DNA of 64,000 nucleotides from an uncultured Actinomycetes bacterium (GTDB lineage: Bacteria; Actinomycetota; UBA4738; HRBIN12): NCBI GenBank assembly GCA_963704725.1, contig OY969934.1:2784001-2848000 (forward strand), read 5' to 3'. The stretch's first letter is position 1. Each line of letters begins with the position of its first letter. This document shows positions 42,403-51,367 of the stretch, one piece after another. A program made the position numbers and the translations under genes. The notes under the pieces were generated by a model that did not search any database, had not been told where the DNA came from, and saw only the letters and a program-made list of their open reading frames with translations.

Positions 42403-43728
42403 TCAGCGGGGGCTGGTCTCGCCTCGGCGCTCGGGCCGCCCGACCGACAGGTAGGTGAGCCCCGCCGCCTCCGCCCGAGCGGGGTCCAGGACGTTGCGGC
42501 CGTCGACGACGATCGGATAGGCCAAGAGCGACCGGAGGTGGTCCAGGTCCAGGTCGCGGTACTCGGGCCACTCCGCGCAGATGACGACGCAGTGGGCGCC
42601 GGCCAGCGCCTCGTCCACCTCGTCCGCGATCTCGAGCTCCGGAACGGCGGCTCGCGCCTCCGCGGACGCCACCGGGTCGTGTCCGACCACGACGGCGCCC
42701 TCGTCGACGAACCGACGCGCCAGCGCGAGCGCCGGAGCGCCGCGCACGTCGTCCGTCCCCGCCTTGAACGCCAGGCCGAGCAGCGCGATGCGCTTGCCCT
42801 CGAGGTTCCACACGGCCTCCTCGACCTTCGCCGCCACGGCGGTCACCGCGTGCTCGTTCACGAGCATGACCTCTCGCAGGAGCGCGAAGTCGTAGCCGGC
42901 GCGTTCGGCGATCCGATGCAGCGTGTGGGTGTCCTTGGGGAGGCAGTAGCCGCCGAACCCCAGCCCCGCCCTCAGGAAGTCCGGCCCGATCCGGGGGTCG
43001 GCCCCCATGACCTCGGTGATCCGGACCACGTCCGCGTCGGTGAGCTCGGCCACCCGGGCCAGCGCGTTGGCGAAGGAGATCTTCGTGGCAAGGAACGCGT
43101 TGGAGGCCAGCTTGGACAGCTCGGCGGTGCGCACGTCGGTCTCGATGAGCGGGATGCCGCGCTCGATCTGCGGACCGTAGAGCTTGCGCATCGCCTCGAA
43201 CCCCGGCTCGTCGTCCGAGCCGACCACGATGCGATCGGGCTCGAGGGTGTCGCGGACGGCGTGCCCCTCACGCAGGAACTCGGGGTTGGCGACCACGCTG
43301 AACCGCAGGCCGGGCCGCTCCCTGGCGATCGTGAGCCGGAGCCGGTCCGCCGTGCCGGGCGGGACCGTCGACTTCTCCGCGATCACCACGCCGGGAGACG
43401 CGTGTTGGGCGAGGTCGCGGCCCACCGCCTCGACGGCCGTGAGGCTGGCGTCGCCGGAGGCGGTCGTCGGCCGCCCGACGCAGATGAACAGAACCTCCGC
43501 GTCCCGCACGGCCTCGGCCGGGTCGGAGAGGAAGCGGAGGCGGCCTGTCGTGGCCTGCCGCCCGATCAGGTCGTCCAGGTCCGGCTCGTGGAACGGCGGC
43601 TTGCCCGCCCGCAGCAGCTCGATCTTGGACCGGTCCAGGTCCATGGCGACGACGTCGTGACCGATCTCGGCGAGCGCGGCCGACGTCACCAGGCCCACAT
43701 GCCCGACGCCGATCACCCCAACCTTCAT
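42403..43728 (-). CDS. ugd: UDP-glucose/GDP-mannose dehydrogenase family (UDP-glucose 6-dehydrogenase)
   Basis: GVGHVG Rossmann motif, EKSTVP, NPEFLREG, KLASNAFLA.KISF, GFGGYCLPKD, GLAFKAGTDD.R, DGRN. Confidence 0.92.
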   Translation of the reverse strand: MKVGVIGVGHVGLVTSAALAEIGHDVVAMDLDRSKIELLRAGKPPFHEPDLDDLIGRQATTGRLRFLSDPAEAVRDAEVLFICVGRPTTASGDASLTAVEAVGRDLAQHASPGVVIAEKSTVPPGTADRLRLTIARERPGLRFSVVANPEFLREGHAVRDTLEPDRIVVGSDDEPGFEAMRKLYGPQIERGIPLIETDVRTAELSKLASNAFLATKISFANALARVAELTDADVVRITEVMGADPRIGPDFLRAGLGFGGYCLPKDTHTLHRIAERAGYDFALLREVMLVNEHAVTAVAAKVEEAVWNLEGKRIALLGLAFKAGTDDVRGAPALALARRFVDEGAVVVGHDPVASAEARAAVPELEIADEVDEALAGAHCVVICAEWPEYRDLDLDHLRSLLAYPIVVDGRNVLDPARAEAAGLTYLSVGRPERRGETSPR

Positions 43729-43851
43729 GGCGCGAAGCATAGGACGGCCGACTCCGCCCCACCTCGGGAAGGAAGCGTGAACCCTCTGCCCCGTGCGGCG
43801 TGGGGGAGAACCCGTCTTTGTCCGCGGGCCTCGTGAGCGGACCATCTGCCC

Positions 43852-44169
43852 GTGGCCGCGATCGAGCAGCTCGGGCCGGCGGACGCCACGACCTGGCTGG
43901 TCCTGCACGGCCGGGTCTGGGAGGGTGACGAGCAGCGGCTCCTGGAGCGAGCGATCGCCGAGGACGGCGACGTCACCGTGGACCTGACCGAGGTCGACGA
44001 GCTCACGATCGGTGGGTGCTGGGCGCTGCGCAGCTTGGCGGATCGCATGTGGGAGCGCGGCCGCCGTCTCTCCGTCCTCATCCGGCCCGAGCACCCCTCG
44101 CGCGAGCTCTTGGTGCGAACCGGCACGCTGGGGCATCCCCGGATCCGGATCGAGGAGGCCTCGGGCTAG
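43852..44169 (+). CDS. STAS-domain protein (anti-sigma-factor-antagonist-like)
   Basis: L.G....VTVDLTEVD.L...G...L.......G.RL......P.RELL..TG pattern. Confidence 0.6.
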   Translation: MAAIEQLGPADATTWLVLHGRVWEGDEQRLLERAIAEDGDVTVDLTEVDELTIGGCWALRSLADRMWERGRRLSVLIRPEHPSRELLVRTGTLGHPRIRIEEASG

Positions 44170-44212
44170 CCCTCGTCCGATGCGGGGCCTGTGCTAGGCT
44201 CGCCCGTCCCCG

Positions 44213-45880
44213 ATGAGCCAAGAAGGTTCCCGCGTGAGCGACCGCGACACGCCGAACCCCGCGCCCGACCCCCTCACCCGCCGAGAGCTGCTCCGGGGCG
44301 CAGCTGCCGGTGCCGGGTTGCTGGCCCTCGGCGCGTGCCGGATGGCCGATGGCTCCGCGGCGCTGGCCGGGGAGCGTCCCTCGGTCAGCCGGCTCGGCGA
44401 GACCATCCGCGGCACCCATCGCGTCGGGGCGATGGAGATCGCGGCCGGCCGGACGCTGACCTTCGACCCGGCGGCCGACACCACGCTCGAGCTGACCGGC
44501 AACCTGGTGGTCCTCGGCCGCCTCCGGATGCGGCCGAACCCGGGCGTCGAGCACGTCCTGCGGTTCGTGGACGTCGACGAGGGCGCGTTCGTTGGCGGCG
44601 GCATGGACCCGCTGGACAGCGACGTCGGCCTGTGGGTCGTCGGCGACGGCGTGCTCGACATCCAGGGAACGGAGAAGGCCGCCTGGAACCGGGCCGGGAC
44701 GTCCGGCACGTGGGATCGGAGCGACGAGCTCGTCGTCGCGCCGGTGGATCCGGGTGACTTCACGCCGCGGCCGTTCACCCTCGGTGACCCCGTGCCCTCC
44801 TCCGGCCGTCGCCGGGCCGAGGTGCTGAACCTGACGCGCAACGTCCGCATCGAGGGCACGCCGGGCGGCCGCGCGCACGTCTTCATCCGGTCGACGCAGC
44901 CGCAGTCGATCCGCCACGCGGCCCTGCGGTATCTCGGCCCCCGGCAACCGGAGGGCGACGCCACCGTGGGCGTGCTCGGCCGGTACGGCCTGCACTTCCA
45001 CCACGCACACGGGGGCTCGCGGGGCAGCCTCCTCGAGGGCGTGGTCGTTCGGGACTGTGGCAACCACGCGTTCGTGCCGCACATGTCGTACGGGATCACC
45101 ATCCGCGGCTGCATCTCGTACGAGACGTTCGACGAGGCCTACTGGTGGGATCCGCACGACCCCACGGACGACCTCGTGATCGAACGATGCGTCGCCGCCT
45201 CGGTGCACTTCGACCCGGATCAGCACGGATACCGCCTCGCCGGCTTCCTGCTCGGGCTGGGGCGCCGGATGCAGATGCGGCGGTGTGTCGCGTTCGCGGT
45301 GCACGGCAACCGGGACGCGGCGGGCTATGTCTGGCCGGAAGCGCCGTCCGGCCTATGGAAGTTCGAGGACAACCTCGCCCACAACAACGAGTTCGCCGGC
45401 ATCTTCGTGTGGCAGAACGTCACCGAGCCGCACCGCATCGCCCGGTTCACCGCCTACCACAACGGGGCGGCCGGGATCATCCACGGCGCCTACGTGAACG
45501 CGTACCACTACCGGGACCTCGACCTGCGCGACCAGCCCATCGGCATCCAGCTCGTCGCCGCCGGCCGCCCCGACGTGGACGGGCGCTCACAGTCGTGGAC
45601 GAACGTCAACGGCGGGACCCTGGTGGTGGAGTCGCACAACCTGCCGGGCACCGCGCCCGTGTTGTTCCGCACATGCTCGTTCCCGACCGTCACGCTCGAC
45701 GATGGACAGGGGGACCCGGGCGCGATCGACTTCGTCGAGTGCGGGCTCGAGCCGGCGAGCTTCACGGTGACCTCCCTGAACCCCAACACCGTCGTGCGCG
45801 TCCAGCGCCCGGACCGCAGCGCGTTCGAGCTCACGGCGTCCGGCGTCCGCGACATCCGGGCCTTCTACCCGTACGTCTAG
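44213..45880 (+). CDS. Tat-exported lipoprotein with G8/TMEM2-fibrocystin-like right-handed beta-helix
   Basis: LTRRELL twin-Arg plus lipobox LGAC; AEVLNLTRNVRIEG, LGRYGLHFHH, beta-helix repeats (N.AHNN..GI.VW). Confidence 0.7.
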   Translation: MSQEGSRVSDRDTPNPAPDPLTRRELLRGAAAGAGLLALGACRMADGSAALAGERPSVSRLGETIRGTHRVGAMEIAAGRTLTFDPAADTTLELTGNLVVLGRLRMRPNPGVEHVLRFVDVDEGAFVGGGMDPLDSDVGLWVVGDGVLDIQGTEKAAWNRAGTSGTWDRSDELVVAPVDPGDFTPRPFTLGDPVPSSGRRRAEVLNLTRNVRIEGTPGGRAHVFIRSTQPQSIRHAALRYLGPRQPEGDATVGVLGRYGLHFHHAHGGSRGSLLEGVVVRDCGNHAFVPHMSYGITIRGCISYETFDEAYWWDPHDPTDDLVIERCVAASVHFDPDQHGYRLAGFLLGLGRRMQMRRCVAFAVHGNRDAAGYVWPEAPSGLWKFEDNLAHNNEFAGIFVWQNVTEPHRIARFTAYHNGAAGIIHGAYVNAYHYRDLDLRDQPIGIQLVAAGRPDVDGRSQSWTNVNGGTLVVESHNLPGTAPVLFRTCSFPTVTLDDGQGDPGAIDFVECGLEPASFTVTSLNPNTVVRVQRPDRSAFELTASGVRDIRAFYPYV

Positions 45881-46827
45881 GTTCGCCGCCGGCCTCGATC
45901 GCGGAGGGGTCGGACGATCCTGCGGTAGAGGGCGAGCGACGCCGGACCCCCGAGGACGACGAGCCAGGAACCCGCCACCTTCCCGTTCCACGGGTCCGTC
46001 GCGAGCGCCCGCGTCGCCGGGCGGACCGCCGGCCCCCACCGACCGGCCCGCAGGTACCAGATCCCGATCGCCGCGAGGTACTCGGCATGGCGTCGCGGGT
46101 GGCGGACGAAGGCGAGGCGGTGCTTCCGCTCGGTCCGGTCCATCGCGCGTGCCCGGGCCAGGGGGTCGCCGTGGATGTGCCCCAGGTGATGTCGGTTGAT
46201 CCGATAGGTGACGACGGGCAGTCCCTCGATGGAGCACGTCGCGTTCAGACGCAGCAGCAGCTCGCTGTGCTCGGCGCTCCGAAGCTCGTCGTCGAAGCCG
46301 CCGAGACGGACGAGCACGTCGCGCGGCACGACCAGGCTGTTGCCGACCCGAACGGGCGCGCCGTCGAGGAAGTAGTCCATCCCCCTGGGCATGGACCTGG
46401 GGAAGCGCGTGGCCTCGGTGGAGCCGTCCGCTCGCACCGTCTCGACCCCGCCCAGGACGGCGACGGGGGGCGGCAGCGTGGAGCGGGCGGCGGCCCGGAG
46501 CGACCGCTCCAACATGTCGGGCAGGAGCTCGTCGTCGTCGTCGAGGAACGCGACCCACTCACCCGTGGCCCGCGCCAACCCCGCGTTGCGGGCCGCCGAC
46601 ACGCCTCGGGAGCTCGACAAGCGCACCACCGACACGCGGGCGTCGGCGTCTTGCAGCTCGAACGGTGGATCGGATGCGTCGTCGACGATGACGACCTGCG
46701 ACGGCGGGACGGATTGCGCGAGGGCGCTGCGGAGGGCTCGGCGAGCCATCCCGGGACGATCGCGCGTCGTGATCACGATCGTCGCCAGGTTCGACGACGG
46801 GGTCTCGGAGACGGCGGGGTCGATCAT
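45877..46827 (-). CDS. Glycosyltransferase family 2
   Basis: IVITTRDR, VIVDDAS, GVSAARNAG, AFLDDDD, GGFDDEL. Alternative start 46851. Confidence 0.9.
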   Translation of the reverse strand: MIDPAVSETPSSNLATIVITTRDRPGMARRALRSALAQSVPPSQVVIVDDASDPPFELQDADARVSVVRLSSSRGVSAARNAGLARATGEWVAFLDDDDELLPDMLERSLRAAARSTLPPPVAVLGGVETVRADGSTEATRFPRSMPRGMDYFLDGAPVRVGNSLVVPRDVLVRLGGFDDELRSAEHSELLLRLNATCSIEGLPVVTYRINRHHLGHIHGDPLARARAMDRTERKHRLAFVRHPRRHAEYLAAIGIWYLRAGRWGPAVRPATRALATDPWNGKVAGSWLVVLGGPASLALYRRIVRPLRDRGRRRT

Positions 46828-47041
46828 CCCGCCGCCGTGTCGATCCGGCACAACGCCCGACGGCGGTACGAAGTCTCACCCATCGATCCGATGCTCCGAT
46901 GCGACCGTCTCGGTACCGTCCGCGCAGCGACCGGGGCGCCCGCGCAGGTGGGGGAACCTGGTTCGGCCGAGGCAGGGTGCGAGCCCCGGAAGGCCGGATG
47001 ACCGCGCGGGCGCCCCGGGTCGTGACCCCGCGGGCTCCCGG

Positions 47042-48601
47042 TCATGTTCGGACGGAGTGCGACCCCGCTCCCCGACGAAGGACGAAGCGGCGGAGCTTGC
47101 CGGACGGCGTCCTGGGGAGCTCGTCGACGACCTCGAACGCCTGCGGCACCTTGAAGCTCGCCAGCCGAGTGCGGCACAGACGCAGCAGCTCGCGCGAGAG
47201 CTCGCGAGGGTCGCGGTCGGACACGACGAACGCCTTGAGGACGGGGACCCCCGACCCGTCGTCCGTGGCGATCACCGCGGCGTCGACGACGCCGTCGTGG
47301 CCACGCAGCACGTCCTCGATCTCCGTCGGCGCCACCCAGATGCCGCCGAGCTTCACGAGGTCGTCGAGTCGTCCCGCGTGGTACACCCGGCCCTCGACGA
47401 TGCGGACGCGATCCCCCGTCCTCATCCACGAGCCCTGGTAGGCGCGCTCGGTGAGCTCGGGGCGCCGCCAGTAGCCCGCGAACGTCGTCGGTCCCCGGAC
47501 CCACAGCTCGCCGTGGTCCCCCTCGGGGATCGGCTGCCCGTCCCGGTCGAGCGCCGCGACCTCGTAGCCGTCCAGGGCCCGCCCCGCGCTTCCCGGGACG
47601 ATGTCGTCCGGCCGGTTCGACGTGACGTGGTGCAGGGCCTCCGTCGAGCCGAGCCCGTCGAGGAGCGACCGGCCGAAGGCGCTCCGGAAGCGTTCGTACA
47701 GATCGGTGTCCAGCGCCTCGCCGGCGCTCACGACCGCCCGGACCGAGGAGGGGAGATCGGCCCCGGACAGGCCGGCGAAGCCGCGGAAGAACGCCGGCAC
47801 GCCGAACAGCAGCGTCGGGTGGCTCCGGCCGAGGAGGTCGTTGACCATGGCGGGGATCGCCGGCGTCTCGGCCACGACCACGGAGGCGCCCACCGAGGCC
47901 GGCAGGTACACGGAGTTGCCGAGCCCGTAGGCGAAGAACATCCTCGACACCGAGAACGCGACGTCGTCCGCCTCCATCGCCAGCACCTGCGCGGCCAGCC
48001 CGTTGGGCGCGAACCGCAGGTGGCGATGTCGGTGCATCGCGGCTTTGGGCAGGCCGGTCGTCCCCGACGTGTAGAGCCACAGGGCGATGTCGTCCTCCCG
48101 TGTGGGCGCCGGCTCGAGCGTCGCGGGCCTGCCGCAAGCCTCCGACCACGAGATGGTCTCGTCCATGGGCTCGGGCTCGGCCAGCAGGCACGCCACGGAC
48201 GTGCCCTCGACCGCGCGGCGCGCGGCCGAGACCGACGTGGCGTCGCACACCAGCGCGCGAGCCTCGCTGTCGGTCAGGATGAAGTGGAGGTCGGAGGCCG
48301 AGAACATGGGCGCCACGGGGACGGGGACGAGCCCGGCCTTGACGGCCCCCCAGAACGTGGCGACGAACTCGAGGCGGTCGCGGGTGGCGATGACGACCCG
48401 GTCGCCGCGCTCCAGCCCCAGACCCACCAGCCCGGCTCCGGCCGCATCGGCCGCGGCCGCGACCTCCGCGTAGGACCACGCCCGCGCCGACGTCCGAAGG
48501 TAGGGCCGGTCGGACCGGCCCGGAGCGAGGTTGCGCTCGAGGAGGTCGACGGCGGCGTTGTAGGACGACGCACCGTTCTCGGTCGCGGCGCGCTCGCTCA
48601 T
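47042..48601 (-). CDS. Benzoate-CoA ligase family aryl-CoA ligase
   Basis: YNAAVDLL, WLYTSGTTGLPK, FFAYGLGNS, VSAGEAL, DGLGSTEALH, TGD, GR.DD..K, PRTPSGKLRR. Confidence 0.88.
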   Translation of the reverse strand: MSERAATENGASSYNAAVDLLERNLAPGRSDRPYLRTSARAWSYAEVAAAADAAGAGLVGLGLERGDRVVIATRDRLEFVATFWGAVKAGLVPVPVAPMFSASDLHFILTDSEARALVCDATSVSAARRAVEGTSVACLLAEPEPMDETISWSEACGRPATLEPAPTREDDIALWLYTSGTTGLPKAAMHRHRHLRFAPNGLAAQVLAMEADDVAFSVSRMFFAYGLGNSVYLPASVGASVVVAETPAIPAMVNDLLGRSHPTLLFGVPAFFRGFAGLSGADLPSSVRAVVSAGEALDTDLYERFRSAFGRSLLDGLGSTEALHHVTSNRPDDIVPGSAGRALDGYEVAALDRDGQPIPEGDHGELWVRGPTTFAGYWRRPELTERAYQGSWMRTGDRVRIVEGRVYHAGRLDDLVKLGGIWVAPTEIEDVLRGHDGVVDAAVIATDDGSGVPVLKAFVVSDRDPRELSRELLRLCRTRLASFKVPQAFEVVDELPRTPSGKLRRFVLRRGAGSHSVRT

Positions 48602-50235
48602 GCCTGAGCTTCCCTGCCCCGGGTGAGATCGGTCTCCCGATCGAGGATCCGCTCCCACACGGGGGTGGGGAGCGCCTCGATCACGACGAACATGACGACC
48701 CCGCCGATGGCCGCCCGGTAGCGCCGCCACACGTAGGGGTGGAGGGTGTCCACCTCCTGCGGGAAGCAGCGCCGGAACACCTCGTCGATCTCCCCCGCGG
48801 TCTCGTGCGTTCCGAACTCGAACTCGAGCTTCTCGATCCTGGGGTCGACGAACAGCTGCCCGAGGTTCAGGTGTGTCGCCTCGAGCAGCGCCGCGAGCGT
48901 GGGGTCGATCTGCCCCAGGTCCACGTACGAGAGGTTCCGTGACAGCCACACCGATCCCATGCGATACCCCGTGCAACGGGCCAAGACCTCACCGTCCTCC
49001 GACAACGGCGGGCTCAGCCACCGGACGGGCGGCTGGAGCTTCCACTGGGACACCACCTCGAGGTGCGGCGGGGCGCCGGTGATGGACTCGATCGTCTGCG
49101 CCAGGGTTCGGTCGGTCATCCGGAGCACGGCGGCGGGATCCAGGGGGAGCCCGGCGTCTCCCGCCTCGAACGTCCCCACGGTCCGGCCGACGGCGCGCGC
49201 GATCGGGCGGAGCTCGGACATGAGCTCGCGCATGGCCTCGATGTCGATCGCCACGCCGTCGGGGTCGTGGACGGCCTCGGTCCCCACCTCCAGGACGAGG
49301 CCGTCGGCTCCCGCGGCGACCGCGGCCTTGGCCATCGCCGGCACGGTGCCGACGTGAGGCGCCGTCTGCGACGGATCCGCGACGAGCGGGAGGTGGCTCA
49401 GCTGCTTGATGAGCGGGACGGCGTTGATCTCGAACCGCGGCTTGCGCAGCGCGTCGAACGTGCGGATCCCCGACTCGCACAGGATGACCTTCCCGTTCCC
49501 GTGCAGGAGCACGTACTCGGCGGCGAGAAGGAACTCCTCCACCGTCGCTCCCGGCCCGCGCCGCAGCATCACCGGATGCTGCGTCCGGCCCATGTCCCGC
49601 AGGAGGCTGAAGTCCTGCATGTTCCGGCTCCCCACCTGCAGCAGATCGGCGACCAGGACGGCCGCCGGGAGGTGGCTCGCGTCGGCGACCTCCACGCACA
49701 GCGCCAGCCCGTGCTCGTGCGCGATGTCTCGGAGCCGGGCCAGCGCGTCGGGGGTGAGCCCGGAGGCCGCGTCGCGAGGGGGGGTCAGGGCGATCTGCCC
49801 GGCGTGGAAGACGCGGCATCCCGCCTCGCGGAGCAGCGGCGCCAACAACCGGAACCTCGCGTCGCTCGCGGCGGCCCACCTCGAGCTCACGATGACGCCG
49901 AGCGGGGCCCGGCCCCCCAACCGGACGATCTCGGGCGGCGCGAGCCCGTCCCGTTGGAGCGCGATCTCGATGGCGACGTCCTCGTCGAAGAGCTCCCGGC
50001 TCGCCAGTCGGTAGGGAACGGAGACCTGCACGAGGCGGCGGACCGAGGGAAGGCGTTCGAACGGCTCGCTCTCCACGGGCCGCACGCCGTCGCCGAGCGG
50101 CACGGCGGCCCACCCGTCGCCCCGGGTCACCCGTGCGCCCGGGAGCAGGCCCCCAGCGACCGCGAGCACGTCGGCGAGGTCGGATTCCGCCGCCGAGGGG
50201 TCGAGCACGATGACGCAGGGGGCCGTGACCTGCAC
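48598..50235 (-). CDS. Degenerate DAHP synthase (class I-beta with N-terminal regulatory domain) fused to a chorismate-pyruvate-lyase-like domain
   Basis: PYRLASRE, QVGSRNMQ, ATVEEFLLAAEY, HLPLVADPS retained; GPC, KPRT, KRG, CERG, DPSH altered. C-terminal TD.TL...E....V.VVSQ..VLAR..SRN.S...LGQL resembles the UbiC/DUF98 fold. Confidence 0.7.
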   Translation of the reverse strand: MQVTAPCVIVLDPSAAESDLADVLAVAGGLLPGARVTRGDGWAAVPLGDGVRPVESEPFERLPSVRRLVQVSVPYRLASRELFDEDVAIEIALQRDGLAPPEIVRLGGRAPLGVIVSSRWAAASDARFRLLAPLLREAGCRVFHAGQIALTPPRDAASGLTPDALARLRDIAHEHGLALCVEVADASHLPAAVLVADLLQVGSRNMQDFSLLRDMGRTQHPVMLRRGPGATVEEFLLAAEYVLLHGNGKVILCESGIRTFDALRKPRFEINAVPLIKQLSHLPLVADPSQTAPHVGTVPAMAKAAVAAGADGLVLEVGTEAVHDPDGVAIDIEAMRELMSELRPIARAVGRTVGTFEAGDAGLPLDPAAVLRMTDRTLAQTIESITGAPPHLEVVSQWKLQPPVRWLSPPLSEDGEVLARCTGYRMGSVWLSRNLSYVDLGQIDPTLAALLEATHLNLGQLFVDPRIEKLEFEFGTHETAGEIDEVFRRCFPQEVDTLHPYVWRRYRAAIGGVVMFVVIEALPTPVWERILDRETDLTRGREAQA

Positions 50236-51047
50236 TAGACCGACCTGCCCACCGCAAGCGCCATGCTGCGGACCCGTCCCATGAACCCGCCGAACGTCGA
50301 GGACTCGAGCGACTGGTCGCCGTCGGACAGCGCCGCCGCGGGGTCGGGATGGACCTCGACGAGGACGCCGTCCGCGCCGGCCGCGATCCCCGCCAGCGCC
50401 ACGGGGGTGACGAGGTCCCGCCGCCCCGTGCCGTGCGACGGATCGACCACCACGGGCAGATCGCTGCGGAGCTTGATCTCGGGGATCGCCGCGATGTCCA
50501 GGCTGTTGCGGGTGGCCGGTTCGAAGGTTCGGCTCCCTCGCTCGCAGATCACGACCTGGTCGTTGCCCCGGACCACGATGAACTCGGCGGCCGCCAGGAC
50601 CTCGTCGATCGTCGCGGTGACTCCCCGCTTCAGCAGCACGGGTCGCCCCGACGCCGCCGCGGCTTCCAGGAGCGCCCGGTTGTCCATGTTCCGCGCGCCG
50701 ATCTGCACCATGTCCGCGTACCGGGCCACGGCGGCGACCTCGTCCGCGGACATGGCCTCGGTGACGACCCCCATCTCGAGCTCGTCGGCCACCTCTCGCA
50801 TGATGGCCAAGCCGCGCTCACCAAGACCCTGGAAGCTGTAGGGAGAGGTCCGCGGCTTGAACGCCCCGCCCCGCAGGAGCACGGCCCCCGCTGCGGCTAC
50901 CGCGAGCGCGGCCTCCCGGAACTGCTCGGGGCCCTCCACCGAGCAGGGGCCGGCGACCACGCGGACCGGATGACCGGCTCCGAAGGTGATGCCCGCGACG
51001 GAAACGCCGACCCTCGACACGGGCGCGTCCATGAGATCCGCACTCAT
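50235..51047 (-). CDS. aroF: 3-deoxy-7-phosphoheptulonate (DAHP) synthase, class I-beta, no regulatory domain
   Basis: [54 protein letters not shown] all intact. Confidence 0.92.
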   Translation of the reverse strand: MSADLMDAPVSRVGVSVAGITFGAGHPVRVVAGPCSVEGPEQFREAALAVAAAGAVLLRGGAFKPRTSPYSFQGLGERGLAIMREVADELEMGVVTEAMSADEVAAVARYADMVQIGARNMDNRALLEAAAASGRPVLLKRGVTATIDEVLAAAEFIVVRGNDQVVICERGSRTFEPATRNSLDIAAIPEIKLRSDLPVVVDPSHGTGRRDLVTPVALAGIAAGADGVLVEVHPDPAAALSDGDQSLESSTFGGFMGRVRSMALAVGRSV

Positions 51048-51367
51048 CGAATCGTTCGATCCCCTGGGAAGGTGTCCGCCCAGTGTGAGGCACCGCGCCG
51101 TAGCTCACATACGACGACGGTCGTAAACCTCCTACCGCCGCCGCAGGAGCAGCCTCGGCCGGACTACCCGAATCCGGGGAGACCGTTCGACCCGGTCGGA
51201 CCCGGGCCCCCGCCGCCCGCCGAGAGGGCCTGTGAAGGGTCCCCCATCCGGCGTAACCGAACCGACGAATTCACCCGCACAGCCGAGCAAGACCTCGGGG
51301 TCGGCGGCCGATACCTAAGGGACCCATGCGGGCCATGCCCACATGGTCATCTCGAGGGAGGAGCAGC

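Noticed and set aside
47042-48601. Benzoate catabolism pathway
   Set aside because: No box/bcr/bad genes are nearby, and the ligase is coupled to biosynthetic DAHP synthase genes.
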